Shown: positions 1-12,024, counted from the first letter of the stretch. The stretch is 64,000 nucleotides of DNA from Octopus vulgaris (GCA_951406725.2 OX597815.1:105276001-105340000), one strand, 5' to 3'. Numbers and translations: made by a program. The notes: generated from the letters alone by a model not told the origin.

Positions 1-438
1 GAGAACCAGCAACTGTATTGTGTGCGAGACGTTGGTTAAATTTCTCTCCTATAAATGCTACTCTCAGCCCATTTCCTAAAATAGCGACCTATCTGATGCC
101 ATTAGCCAATCGCTTTTTCTTCTATTTCAAATGTGATAGAATAGTGTACATTACTCACTCTATATCTTCTCTTTCTTGCTTTCTCAGTAACCTGAATACA
201 GCTTCTGTAGAGCCAAACCACCCACAGATATGCTTCCGTGCAGCACACACCTCTGATCTACGACCCTTTCAAAACTTCGGCGTAAAATTCCTAGCTAAAT
301 TCTTATTTATAAAGAAGAGAAGGCTCCGCTGTCTCCCATTAATTGATAGAATGTTTCTAGTTACCGAAATTTTTCCATCTTCATGATCAAATTATTTCTG
401 TCTTTGAAATCAACTAAGTGTCACTTTTATCGACATAT

Positions 439-562
439 GCGCAAGTGTAGTTGTATGGTATGAAGTTTGCTTTCCAACCACATGATCCTGGGTTCAGTCC
501 CATTGCATGACACCTTGGCCAAGTGTCCTCTACTATTCTACTCTAGCCGCATTGTGAGTGAA
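439..562 (+). mobile_element. tRNA-derived SINE family A, degenerate 5' fragment
   Basis: Head 'gcgcaagtgtagttgtatggta...ggttcagtccc' with Pol III A/B-box-like motifs; matches the reverse complement of the copy at 836-1220. Confidence 0.75.
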
Positions 563-728
563 TTATATACTGTTTATTATCATATATCATTTATTTATTA
601 TTTCGTACTTAATTTAGTTGTAGGTAAATTTTTTATCGTATCTTAAATTTTTTCGATATGGTATGATTTAAGAATATCTTTGTTGAATTGATACATGGTG
701 GTTCTTCTCTACTTTACATATATTTAAA

Positions 729-825
729 GGCTATCAGATGTTGCTACACATCGCTGGTCACAATGCGCTTCGCATTGTTTTAGCCTTCAAATGACGCCAC
801 CCCGCTTGCTAAGCGAGCAGGCCAA
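729..825 (-). mobile_element. SINE family C, 3' fragment
   Basis: Reverse complement aligns closely with ~29540-29632 (ggcctgctcgcttagc...gctaaaacaatgcgaa...caacatctga). Confidence 0.85.
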
Positions 826-835
826 TATATATATA

Positions 836-1220
836 CTCTTACTCTCTTTTACTCTTTTACTTGTTTCAGTTATTTGACTGTGGCCATGATGGAGCACCGC
901 CTTTCGTCGAGCAAATCGACCCCAGGACTTATTCGTTGTAAGCTAAGTTACGGGGACCTAAACACACCAGCATCGTTTGTCACACACACAGACACACAAA
1001 CATATACACACACTCACATATATATATATATATATACACATATATACGACATATATACGACAGGCTTCTTTCAGTTTCCGTCTACCAAATCCACTCAGAA
1101 GGCTTTGGTCGGCCCAAGGCTATAGTAGAAGACACTTGCCCAAGATGCCACGCAGTGGGACTGAAGCCGGAACCATGTGGTTGGTGAGCAAGCTACTTAC
1201 CACACAGCCACTCCTACGCC
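836..1220 (-). mobile_element. tRNA-derived SINE family A, near full length
   Basis: Minus-strand head ggcgtaggagtggctgtgtggtaagtagc...ggttccggcttcagtccc, internal (TA)/(TG) tract, tail ggcggtgctcca...gtaaaagag repeats; homologous to 20180-20464 and 39695-40205. Confidence 0.9.
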
Positions 1221-1305
1221 TATATATATATATATATATATATACACATGTAGATGTAGGTACGTACATATATGTTTGTATGTATGCATATATTTTTATT
1301 TATCA

Positions 1306-1354
<49 letters not shown>

Positions 1355-1640
1355 GTTTATTTCATTATATGTTTATTTCATTTATTGTTTGCAATGTTCT
1401 CTCTCCCCCTCTCTCTTTCACAAACACACACACACATACACACATAGCAAAGCTAACAGATGGGCTGCTGATTTGAAATTTCTATTTGGCTTTGAGGGGA
1501 AGGTAAAATTTGACAAACGGCTGTTCTCTTTGTTGTTGGACTACCGCGATGTTTGTTTAAAAAAGAGAGATTATGACTAATAAAATAATGAAAGCAATAT
1601 TTACTAAGCGAGTGAGCACTCTTATACGAAGAAATATACG

Positions 1641-1667
1641 AAGACCGGAGGGCGGTCTTTCTGCTAG
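1641..1667 (+). mobile_element. Helitron-like 3' terminus (hairpin plus CTAG)
   Basis: aagaccg-gaggg-cggtctt hairpin followed by ctgCTAG|t, the same terminal heptamer as the Helitrons ending at 8311 and 51233; 5' end not defined. Confidence 0.5.
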
Positions 1668-1673
1668 TATATA

Positions 1674-1707
<34 letters not shown>

Positions 1708-1708
<1 letters not shown>

Positions 1709-1895
1709 GAGGAAAGTTCACGAAAAAACAAAAGACGAAGACAGGTGGTGTACAAAACAAACAGATGTATTAGTATAAGGCTCAGGAATTGAAAAAGTCT
1801 TTTACGTTTCGAGCCTACGCTCTTCTACAGAAAGGGACACAGAAAAAAAAACAAGGAGAGAAAAAATGTGTGTAGTGGCTACCCATCTATCATGG
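1708..1895 (-). mobile_element. Short Penelope pLTR/retrozyme-like element with a minimal hammerhead-like motif (1799-1834)
   Basis: Homologous to 25009-25203 and 39443-39672; minus strand reads cuuu-CUGUAGA-A-gagc(guag)gcuc-GAAA-cg-UA-aaag; abuts a (TA)n tract. Confidence 0.65.
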
Positions 1896-1989
1896 TATAT
1901 GTATGTATGTATATGTATGTGTGTGTGTGCGTATATGGATACAATTAAAACTTAAACTGAAAACCCAATTCACAAAAAAAAAAATCCAA

Positions 1990-4900
1990 TTATGGAGGCT
2001 CTAATGGAATCTGCAACTCTAAAGGAGAGAAAAAATTGGAGTGAATACTAGGACGTGCAAATTTTACCTGCAAGGCAAATATTGGCGGTTTGCTCACCCG
2101 AGACCCCACCAAAATTGCAGGTGTCTTAAGGAGAAATACTTCCCTAACGAAAGGCACTAATCGTCTCCAAAAAGAAATTATGCAGATGCAGTGCGCTCTT
2201 CAGATGTGATACGGAAGGTAGCAGCTGAACAAGACTCTTTTTTGTGCATGCGCAAAAGATTATGCAGCAGCTGACCTGGCTACATCAAGCGCAAACACGG
2301 AACCTTACACACCACTGTGCAAGACCATCACAATCAACAGACATGGGATGCCCTCTCCTAACACCAACAGAGTAGTCACGCCAATAGTTTTACTACATAT
2401 TGGAGGCCTGTTGCATTACAACAACAAATCAAAATCTTTTTCCTGATACCCTGCTACATGCAATCAAATCCTATGCATAGCACTCGTGGAAACTCATCTG
2501 AAGCCCATTTACAGAGGATGCAGAACTACACGTACCAAAATATACCATACTGCGAACAGACAGAAGGGAAAAAAGCCATTGTGGAGTTGCTGCATACATC
2601 TGTAAGGGCCTTACATCCCAGGTCTTACTGTCATACTCAAATTCAGCATGTGACACTCTAGTTGTATAAATAAGACAACACAATATAGTCATATGCAATA
2701 CATATCGCCCGCCGGGTGCTCGAAACTACGTAGGCAAGTTTGAAGGTTGCCTCACATGAATATAAGAAACTGGAACATCACGTGAGTGTTTTTTCTTATG
2801 GGTGATTTCAACTTAACCAGTATCAAATGGCCTCAAGCTCTCAGGAAGGACTCATTGCAAACAAGCACAAGTGGAGTCCCTGCTCAACTTCGTCAATACC
2901 CTATTCATTGAGCAAGTTGTGCTCAGACCAACTAGGACGAATAACAGTTTGGATCTCTGCTTCACAAACAATATGGACATTGTTCATAATGTGAAAGTGA
3001 CACCAACATTAGTTTCGGATCACAACATAGTAGAGCTGTCTACTATGTATGGACCAAAAGTAACAAGAGACATACAGCCTAAAGGAAGTACCCAAAATCT
3101 CTCCAATCTGAACTTCCACAAAGCAGACTGGAAATCGATCCAAAAAGAGATCCTCAGACAGGACAGGTCGAATTGTCTCTCCATACCAGTCATTGGCATG
3201 AAATCAGAATATTTTATGTCTGTTATGCAGTCAATATGCCAGAGCACAAGGCCAACACAAAAAGGAACAAGATTTCAAGGGAAAGGAAGATCCTCATGGG
3301 ACGACGGACGAAAGTTGCAAATCGCTTCTACCAACATCCCAAAAGTAGCGAAAGGTCCCACCTAAAAACAACACCGATGGAGATTGAAAACAGCATGCAA
3401 CAATACTATGTGAGGAAGAGCACAGACACAGAAGCGTGGGTTATAGAAAACACCAAGTCAAACCAAAAGGCGTTCTTTTATTATGTCAAAGAAGCAGCTT
3501 CATTACGCTGCAAAATAAGATCCCTCTTCCAAAAGGATGGATCCCTCACAGATAGTCCACAGTGAGCTGCTTAGTGACCAGTGCAAAAGTGTCTTTACCA
3601 ACCTGTTGGATCAGACAAATGAACGAACTGATAGATTTCTTTGCCGCCTCACCTATAACCAGCGAGACAGTTACGATTGATTACATCGACATTAGTGAAG
3701 AAGATATACTACTAGACATAGATGAGGTGGACGCAAATTCAACTGCTGGTCCTGATGGTTTCCCAGCAATCCTCCTCAAATTGTGTAAGCGTGCCTTGGC
3801 GAAACCACTACAGATTCTCTTCCAGAGCTTTCTCGAAAATGGTAAGCTGCCATACAAACTGACGGAAGGAATAATATGCCCAATCTATTAAGGGGGAAGC
3901 AGATCAGATGCCAACAATTATAGGCCTATCTCTCTAACTTCACACATCAGCAAAGTCATAGAACGGATAGTCAGATGGAAATTAATCGCATTCCATGAAG
4001 AAAACGACTTGCTGAGTGATACCCAGCATGGCTTTCGACCAGGTAGGAGCTGCTTACAAGAAGGCCCAGCTTTTACAACACTATGACTGGGCGTTGAGGC
4101 AATTACTCAACAACTCAAATGCGGACGTAATATACTTTGACTTTGCAAAAGCTTTTGATGAAGTGGTTCATGGTATGTTATGCTACAAACTGCGTGATCC
4201 CGCCATAGATGGAAAACTTGGAGAGTGGTTGCATGACTTTCTGAAAGACAGAAGTTAGTCAGTAGTGGCCAATGGAGCCACCTCAAAGAAAAGACAAATA
4301 GTGAGTGGCGTTCCACAGAGCACTGTTTTGGGGCCACTGCTTTTCATAGTGGCCCTCTCAAATATGCCCTGAGCTGCCCGGATTGCCACTCTTGCTACCT
4401 ACACAGACGATATGAAATCCCGCAGAAAATACAGAACCCCAGTGATGTTGCACACCTGCAGCAGGAGTTGGACTCAATTTACAGATGGGCTGAGCACAAT
4501 AATATACAGTTTCATGCTGGAAAAGTCTAGGTCCTGCGCTACAAGCACCCAACACTGAATATAAAACTTACAGGGTACACTGACCCACAAGGAATTACAA
4601 TCCTAAAACCTAAATCAGTGAGAGACCTGGTTATCGATGTGAGTGGTGATACCTCTTTCCAAGTACGCATTACCAGCATGGCGCCAAAAGTGCAGACGTT
4701 TGGCAGGATGGATTTTTTGAGACCCTTCAGAATCAGAGAGAAGGAAACCATGATGCTCCTCTGAAAGATATTCGTCCTGAGCTGTCTGGATTATTACTCC
4801 CAGCTATGATCACTCCACAGTGTAAAATTAACAGTGGACCTTGAAGTAATCAAGCAAAGCTTCACAAAGAAGATTGTCTCATTGCAACAGCTCAGCTACT

Positions 4901-5360
4901 GGTAGAGGCTGAAAGAGCTAAGACACTACTCCCTGGAACGAAGGTGGGAGAGATATGCAATAATATCCTGGAAGGGATTGAGCCAAATTTTGGCATTGAA
5001 AGCTACACAAATGCCAGAACAGGTCGACACTGCAATAGTGCCAAAGATCCCAGCAATACGATCCCGCTTCTAAACCAGTTACTGCAACAGCTTTGGTTTC
5101 AGGGTCCCACAGCTTTTTAATATTCTCCCAAGGAGCCTGACGGACCGACACGGAGTGGATGTAGGTGTTTTCAAATCAAAACTGGATCTCTTCCTGTCAA
5201 GAGTCCCAAATGAACCTACGTCACAGCAGGAGGTTCAAATCAGCGTAGCGACATCAAACTCCCTTCACCAAATGCCACATGTTAGAGGAGGCTCTCAATA
5301 ATAACAGTGTAGCTAAACAGCGGTGCCCCAGCACGGCCACACCATTGAGCTAAAACTAAT
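1990..5360 (+). mobile_element. CR1-group LINE, near full length, decayed (ORF1 remnant, APE, RT)
   Basis: APE motifs GDFN (~2801), TRTNNSLDLCFTN and SDHN; RT motifs AGPDGF, NYRPISLTSHISK, QHGFR, YFDFAKAFDEV, SGVPQSTVLGPLLF and YTDD; many stops and frameshifts. Confidence 0.9.
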
Positions 5361-5381
5361 TATATATATATATATATATTT

Positions 5382-5429
<48 letters not shown>

Positions 5430-5690
5430 ATACATACATACATTCATACATACATACATATTTACATATATGTATACATATATATATATATATATATACA
5501 TACATACATACATACATACATACATACATACATACATACATACATACATACATACATACATACACACTTATATTTATGTATGTATGTATGTATGTATGTA
5601 TGTATATATGTATGTATGTATGTATGTTGGTATGTATATGCAATGCATGCATACACTCATACATATCTGTATATACATATATGTATACGC
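5360..5690. repeat. Compound microsatellite (TA)n/(GATA)n/(TACA)n/(TATG)n
   Basis: Read directly from the sequence. Confidence 0.95.
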
Positions 5691-5699
5691 ATGTATCCT

Positions 5700-6712
5700 T
5701 GGAATTCGTTCGACAGGTTGAATGAGATACAAAGAGAACCCTGTTTTGGACTTATTTGAAATCACTTCGTTCCTTTTTTAAAAGATTCAGTCACTTTGAA
5801 AAATATCATTGATAAAGACACTTAATTCACTATACCTCTTCTGTATCGAGCAATTAATAAGTTACACTGAGAGGTGTTGAAGTACCAAGGAAGAACTACC
5901 GGGTGTTTTGTTAGTTTACAGAGAAGTTAACCTGTGGGCAGATGTGACGATAAATTGTCGTTCTCATTGAGAGTTACAAAAGACTGCTTACAGACGTAAA
6001 AGGTGGAATTATTTCCAGATCATGACATCTACGCCTTAAGACTTCTTCAACTGTTAACAGGGGGCACCTAAATGAAGAATGTATTTTTAAATTTGATATT
6101 GGTAGAACCGAACCATAGATTAAGAGCATAGAACTATGCCTCAGTCTAAATATCTGCGAGGCACAAATTTTGCCACAACTCTTTTTATTCGCAATTCCTC
6201 GATCAAAATTCGTTGACAGGTGCTCCAGGACACGCCAGTCTTAACAGTAAGTTCGTCAATTGTTCAGGTACGGTCCTGCAAAATCAGTTCACGAATTTCA
6301 TGACGTTTTCATTCGTTCGGAAGGTCGACGGTCACCCTGAGTGAGGTTGGTCCTCCAGCTACAATTTACTATTCGTAAATCGTGAAAACCACTCGTGCAC
6401 TTGTAGTTTGCTCATGGCAGCAGCCTGCAAAGCTGTTTGAAGCATGACAGCTGTTTCGGCTACTGTTTGCCCCAGCAGAAAACATAATTTCCCCCAAGTA
6501 CACTGTTCCTTCATTTCAGCATCGCAAAGATCGACGTACAGGGGAGAAGCACTGCAAAGCAAAGATGCACCACGTGGTAGTATGGCTCCACTGGACAACG
6601 CTGGTCTGCAGACTGATGCTTGAGGGTCACATCAAGTGGTTTCTTGCAGCGGAAGTCTGAACTACAGAGGGCTTGTCCCACCGAGAACGTTTCCGGTTAC
6701 TTTTGGATACCT
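5700..6712 (-). mobile_element. Tc1/mariner DNA transposon remnant
   Basis: Minus ORF EQCTWGKLCFLLGQTVAETAVMLQTA...QVHEWFSRF, then LEDQPHSG*PS, the mariner N-terminal HTH pattern; TIR-like end gaggtatccaaaagtaaccggaaac at ~6687-6712. Confidence 0.85.
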
Positions 6713-6793
6713 CCAACATATACATATACATACACGCACGCAGACACGCACATGCACGCACGCAATGCACACACATACATATACATATTTGAA

Positions 6794-7095
6794 GGCGCGA
6801 GGCTTAGTGGTTAGGGCATTCGGCTCACGATTGTAAGGTCGTGAGTTCTATTCCCTTGTGCAAGAGACTTTATTTCACGTTGCTCCAATCCACTCAGCTG
6901 GCAAAAATGAGTTGTACCTGTATTTCAAAGGGCCGGCCTTGACACACTCTGTGTCTCGCTGAATCTCTCTGAGAACTACGTTAGGGGTACGCGTGTCTGT
7001 GGATTGCTCAGTCACTTGCACGTTAATTTCACGAGCAAGCTGTCCCGTTGATCATATCAGCTGGGACCCTCGTCGCCATAACCGACGGAGTGCTC

Positions 7096-7098
<3 letters not shown>
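6794..7098 (+). mobile_element. tRNA-derived SINE family B
   Basis: tRNA-like head ggcgcgaggcttagtggttagggcattcggctcacgattgtaaggtcgtgagttctattccc; flanked by microsatellites. Confidence 0.8.
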
Positions 7099-7133
<35 letters not shown>

Positions 7134-7136
<3 letters not shown>

Positions 7137-8139
7137 TATCTATAAAAGGGAGGATGTGTGTGCGTGTGTGGGTGTGTGTGTGTGTGTGCACGTGATTGTA
7201 ATTTATGCACATCCACAAATTAGCACGCATGTCGCTCAAATTTTAGGAGGATATTTGTCAACATCCTATCTGGGTTTTGGCAACTTATTTTTTCCCGGGG
7301 CACCCGCGGATAGGGTAAAAATATATTTTCAACCATAGCTTTTAACCATAACAAATATCAACCATTGCTTTTGGATGGCGTCTAACAAAAATAAATAAGA
7401 TAAAGGAAAGTGGAAGGAGGCAGAGAGTTTCACGGGAAAGACAAAGTGAGAGAGGGAGAGAGAGAGAGCCATTGCTTTTTTGCCAGCGTCTAACAAAAAA
7501 AGAATAAGATAAAGAAAAGTGGAAGAAGGAGGCAGAGAGTTTCACGGGAAAGACAAAGTGAGGGAGAGAGAGAGAGAGAGTAAGTGACTATGTTCATAAA
7601 AAATAAAATGTAAAATGTTTTGATTTTGTTTTTGAAAGGCACACTATATTTTATAATCATAGTATATATACTTTCTCACACAACAATTACAATATATTTA
7701 TTTATTTTAAATCGTTCATCTTTCTCCTGGGTGCGAAAGAGTTTTGATTTTATTTTACGCCGAGTAAAAAAGTGTTTTGTTGACAATCCATTTATTTAAC
7801 AACAAAGAAACAAAGAGATGAGTAACAATTTGTCAGTGAATTACACAATATAAATGGGTACAATTTGCGAGGCTTCCACCACACCCCACTCCGTTTCACG
7901 GACCACAAAAAGGGTTTTCAGGCCAGAGTAGTTGATTCCATGCAAAAAAAACGATTTTTTTTCTTAGTGAAAATTGTGCGAGTGTTAATCTACAAATTTA
8001 ACAACATTTTTTCCATTCATTTCTGTTTATGAACATTTATGCGGGCACAAAACATGCAATAAGTGTACGTACGTACGTGTGTGTATGTGTGTTCGTGTCT
8101 GTTGCCCATATATATTTATATTATATTATATATATATAA

Positions 8140-8185
<46 letters not shown>

Positions 8186-8311
8186 AGAACTAATTTCAAC
8201 GGATTTCGCCCAAATTTGACGTCTATATTACTTAGTTTGGTTTGAAATAAAGAACTTGATTAGCTTAATAATCGCAACTTAATCCCAGGTAAGGCCGGGT
8301 TATACTGCTAG
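7134..8311 (+). mobile_element. Non-autonomous Helitron
   Basis: 5' a|TCatatctataaaa; 3' GC-rich hairpin cccaggtaaggccgggt then tatactgCTAG|t; internal ~110-bp tandem duplication at ~7361-7580; termini resemble 50837-51233. Confidence 0.75.
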
Positions 8312-8317
8312 TATAAT

Positions 8318-8518
8318 GTGACCTCGTGTGTACCGTTGGCGATTTCTTTTCCTCTGTCTTCCCTTCTCTGGATCTTTCCTTCTTCTTTGTTTCCGACGAA
8401 GAGCTCCGCTCGAAACGTTAAACCCTCCTTCTTTCCTTCTTTCCTGAGCGTCCAGTAATACTATATTTGTTCCACGTCCTCGCGTTGTTGTGTTTTTTCT
8501 GCTTTCTTGTTTGGATTA

Positions 8519-8523
<5 letters not shown>
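8318..8523 (+). mobile_element. Penelope pLTR/retrozyme-like element, second subfamily, hammerhead-like motif at 8389-8423
   Basis: guuu-CCGACGA-A-gagc(ucc)gcuc-GAAA-cg-UU-aaac; downstream ttcctgagc...taatac block shared with the 1708 family; ends in (TA)n. Confidence 0.6.
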
Positions 8524-8609
<86 letters not shown>

Positions 8610-8612
<3 letters not shown>

Positions 8613-8872
8613 GACTCTCCCGTCGTTAGAGATGGATAAGTACCCTGCAATTTCTTGGTGAACAAATGATCACATAAGCTCTATCCCTCCATCAAATCGA
8701 CATTACCTGTATAGGCGCACAAATTTACCACGCATCTAATTTTGAAATGATGGTGGAATAAATCAACCTGAAGTGTTTTGCTGAAGAGTACAACGCACCG
8801 CTCGATCTTGGAATCGGCGCTACGATCTTTCGATCATGTGTGCAACAACCTAACCTCTAGGCCATGCATGCT
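8610..8872 (-). mobile_element. Degenerate tRNA-derived SINE
   Basis: Minus head gcatggcctagaggttagg...gatcgtagcgccgattcc resembles the heads of families B and C. Confidence 0.55.
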
Positions 8873-9526
8873 GCCTCTGTATGAGTGTGTGTGTGTATGT
8901 GTATGTGTGATTGTGTGTGTGTGTGCGCGTGAGTGTGTGTGTGTGTGCGTGTGTGTATGCATGCATATGTGCGTGTGTCAGTCTCTCTGTGTCTGTGTAT
9001 GTGTGTGTGTGGATATTCTTCATTGACAATGTCTTATTACGCCAAAACCTGTCCGTAACTTTAACTAATCGACTTTATAAATTAGAATATTCTTCAATCT
9101 ACATTGTTATTATGGTTTTGATCAACTTATCCCTTTTGATTTTTCACATTTGCTTGTTGCTTTTAGGTTCTAAGCATCACTAGAAGTAGTATTTCTCCAC
9201 TAATCACTAGAAAAATGTTGGTCGATTGATGTTCATTTATGTTAAAGTACCAAATCTTCAACTATTTACTATTGAGATGCTATAAAGCTAATTTTCTAAT
9301 TATAACCTAAAATTATATACTTAAATTGTTTTACAATATTATTGATATCTACTTTAGGTCAATTTTTAAAATTTGAACCTATTCCGAGTGTCTGAATTCC
9401 TATTTTAATTTGACATTGCATTTTGTGCATCGTTGGTTACAGGTATATAAACGCCAATCTTGTTTCAGTGCATTTATGATAGTGAGAGTGATAAAGAAGT
9501 AAATCGAACGGAATGAATACAATGGT

Positions 9527-9895
9527 TTATTTTTTTATGTATTTATTCGATAGCACCAATTTATCAATTCTCTTGCTGATGCTTTCATCTTTTGGTGATA
9601 TTCCTCGACAAAAAACAAACACGTTTTCACGCACGTCTGCATCCTCGGCGAGCTTCCACACTGATTTTATATACCAAATATCTATCGCAATACATTGATC
9701 AGCTCGAGATGATGGTAGAAGATAATTGCACAAGGTACCGTGCAGTATGTGATCCACGAGTGTCCTCACTGAACAACGATCTAGTGTAAGAATTGCGTTC
9801 AGTTGCCCTGTCTGAAGATAAATTTCCTTACTTTCGCCAGTTACAGAAGCCCCGAGAAGGGACATAGGAATTGTTGCCTCTCTTTTTAATAACCT
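9527..9895 (-). CDS. Candidate orphan terminal exon (122 codons plus stop, unknown product)
   Basis: Non-repetitive and less AT-rich than its flanks; tcttttaacttttag acceptor precedes an open frame RLLKREATIPMSLLG...KLVLSNKYIKK*; no recognised domain. Confidence 0.25.
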   Translation of the reverse strand, partial: RLLKREATIPMSLLGASVTGESKEIYLQTGQLNAILTLDRCSVRTLVDHILHGTLCNYLLPSSRADQCIAIDIWYIKSVWKLAEDADVRENVFVFCRGISPKDESISKRIDKLVLSNKYIKK

Positions 9896-9999
9896 CTAAA
9901 AGTTAAAAGATGTTCCCGACACTTTATTTTTATTTTTATTTTTTAGATTTTTACAATTATAAAGTGATCTTTTCTTTTTCAAATACATTTATTATTTGA

Positions 10000-10200
10000 T
10001 TGGCAAAAAATCGGTAGAACATGGAACGACCTTGGTGACATTTTTGCTCTGAACATAAAAGGTCTGAATTTAATGCCATAAAAGACACCTTTGCTCTTCA
10101 TCTTTCTGGAATCGATAAAATGAAGTACGAGTTAAGTACAGGAGACTATATATATTCGACTATTATCCACCCTCAATTTGAGGCCCTGTGCCTAAATTAG
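10000..10200 (+). mobile_element. SINE family D, old degenerate copy
   Basis: ggcaaaaaatcggtag...cacctttgctcttcatctttctggaatcgataaaatgaagtac resembles 18413-18612. Confidence 0.55.
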
Positions 10201-11277
10201 TGATTACTAGTAATGTTGTTTTTATTGCTCAATTCGGAAAAGTTCATCGTTTCAGTTGATCGTTTTATTTCAGTCATCTATATTTTTTCTTGTTTTTGTT
10301 TTCCTGCACAATATTTCTTGTTTTTATTGCTGTTCTTTTTTGCTGTTTTATTATTAGCTATTGTTATTGTTATATTATGGAATATAATGTTAGATTAAAG
10401 ATTAAAATAGCAATTGCCAGTAATTCTTAATTTCAGATTCATGGCCGAAAATTATTTTGATATTCAAAATGTAGGTCAGTGAAAATGACCAGTGAAGCAA
10501 ATTACCGGTTTAATCTTCTTTATCCCTGCCTAATTGATATAATATCTTTGGTGACGTACCTTTCATCCCTTCCAGATTGACAAAAACAGCTACGAGCAAT
10601 ATACTGGAACAGATTCTCATCTACAAGCATCTCTCCATGTGTATTTTCTAAAGAAAATTCACATTTTAACCATTACTTCGTTATGTTCCCATGTTCATAT
10701 GATATTGCTTGGATCGGCAGCGAGAAACATTATTACAAACAATATTTCTAAAGTGTTGATCCTGTTAAATGTGCTGTTTTTCATACTATGTTGTTGTTCG
10801 CGTTGTTGCTATCGTTGTTACTATAACTATTTGTATTCATTCCCTAAATTGACAAGCGGCAACACCCTCTAGGGGAGCTGTAGTGCTTACTTTAACCACA
10901 CTGAGGGCGATTTCACCGATCCTGACAGCGTTCTAAGGCCATAAGTATAACCTCTTCCTCCGAATTAAAAATAAAAGACTGAAAAATGGTAGTTTTAACT
11001 GATTGGGAAATATTCAGCTGATTCTATCTACCACCCTATAGTTATTATTTATATTATGATGGCAATGAAACAAAGAGTTTATTTAAATCACTGATAAATA
11101 CTCTGATGTATGAAACTCTTTGTTCCGCTACATTGTATTCAATTCGTGCAGGGATTAGTTATCTGTTCTTGACTTCGGTCGTTAAAATTAGTATCATCAA
11201 AAATAGTTGGGAAAATCTGTATAAACATCTATATTTTGCCATATCAAAAGAATTCACTATTAATTCACTGCCGCTAC

Positions 11278-11515
11278 AGATGATGATGATGATGATGGAG
11301 AAGGAGGAAGTGGATTGGTAATTGGTGATATACTGTCGAAATTTTCAGCATTGGTGCTTTTGTAGCAGTTGACGACAATGACAATGACGACATGGACGAC
11401 GAGGTCAGTGACGATGACATCAATGACGACTACAACGATAGTGATGATGATCATGATGATCATGCTCATGATGTCCATGTTGATGATGAGGAGGAGGACA
11501 ACGACGACAATAATG
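11278..11515. repeat. Degenerate (GAT/GAC)n triplet tract
   Basis: Read directly; the ORFs here are low-complexity artefacts. Confidence 0.85.
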
Positions 11516-11604
11516 AAGTGGTTAGAAATTAGCCGTAGAGGAAAACGGTAACTTAACGGCCCGAGCAATTTAAAATTCTCGATGCTGCCCGCATAAACCA
11601 CATA

Positions 11605-12024
11605 AAATCTCTTTATCCTATTTCTTTACTACACACAAGGGGCTAAACACAGAGAGGACAAACAAGGACAGACAAACGGATTAAGTCGATTATATCGACC
11701 CCAGTGCGTAACTGGTACTTGTTTAATCGACCCCGAAAGGATGAAAGGTAAAGTCGACCTCGGCGGAATTTGAACTCAAAATGTAACGGCAGACAAAATA
11801 CCTATTTCTTTATTACCCACAAGGGGCTAAACACAGAGGGGACAAACAAGGACAGACATAAGTATTAAGTCGATTACATCGACCCCAGTGCGTAACTGGT
11901 ACTTAATTTATCGACCCCGAAAGGATGAAAGGCAAAGTCGACCTCGGCGGAATTTGAACTCAAAATGTAACGGCAGACAAAAATACCGCTAAGCATTTCG
12001 CCCGGCGTGCTAACGTTTCTGCCA
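11605..12024 (-). mobile_element. SINE family D with a tandemly duplicated ~184-bp body
   Basis: Head ggcagaaacgttagcacgccgggcgaaatgcttagcggta at the right end; near-identical units at ~11618-11801 and ~11802-11986. Confidence 0.9.

Noticed and set aside
18-386. 122-aa plus-strand ORF at the window start
   Set aside because: Non-ATG start, no motif and no clear splice signals; the minus strand hints weakly at a Penelope N-terminal remnant but not enough to call.
977-1773. Many [12 protein letters not shown] ORFs here and throughout the window
   Set aside because: Translations of (TA)n, (CA)n and (TACA)n microsatellites.
6794-6860. tRNA-like sequences (also at 29354-29425 and 1150-1220)
   Set aside because: No complete cloverleaf; they continue into repeat bodies, so they are SINE heads.
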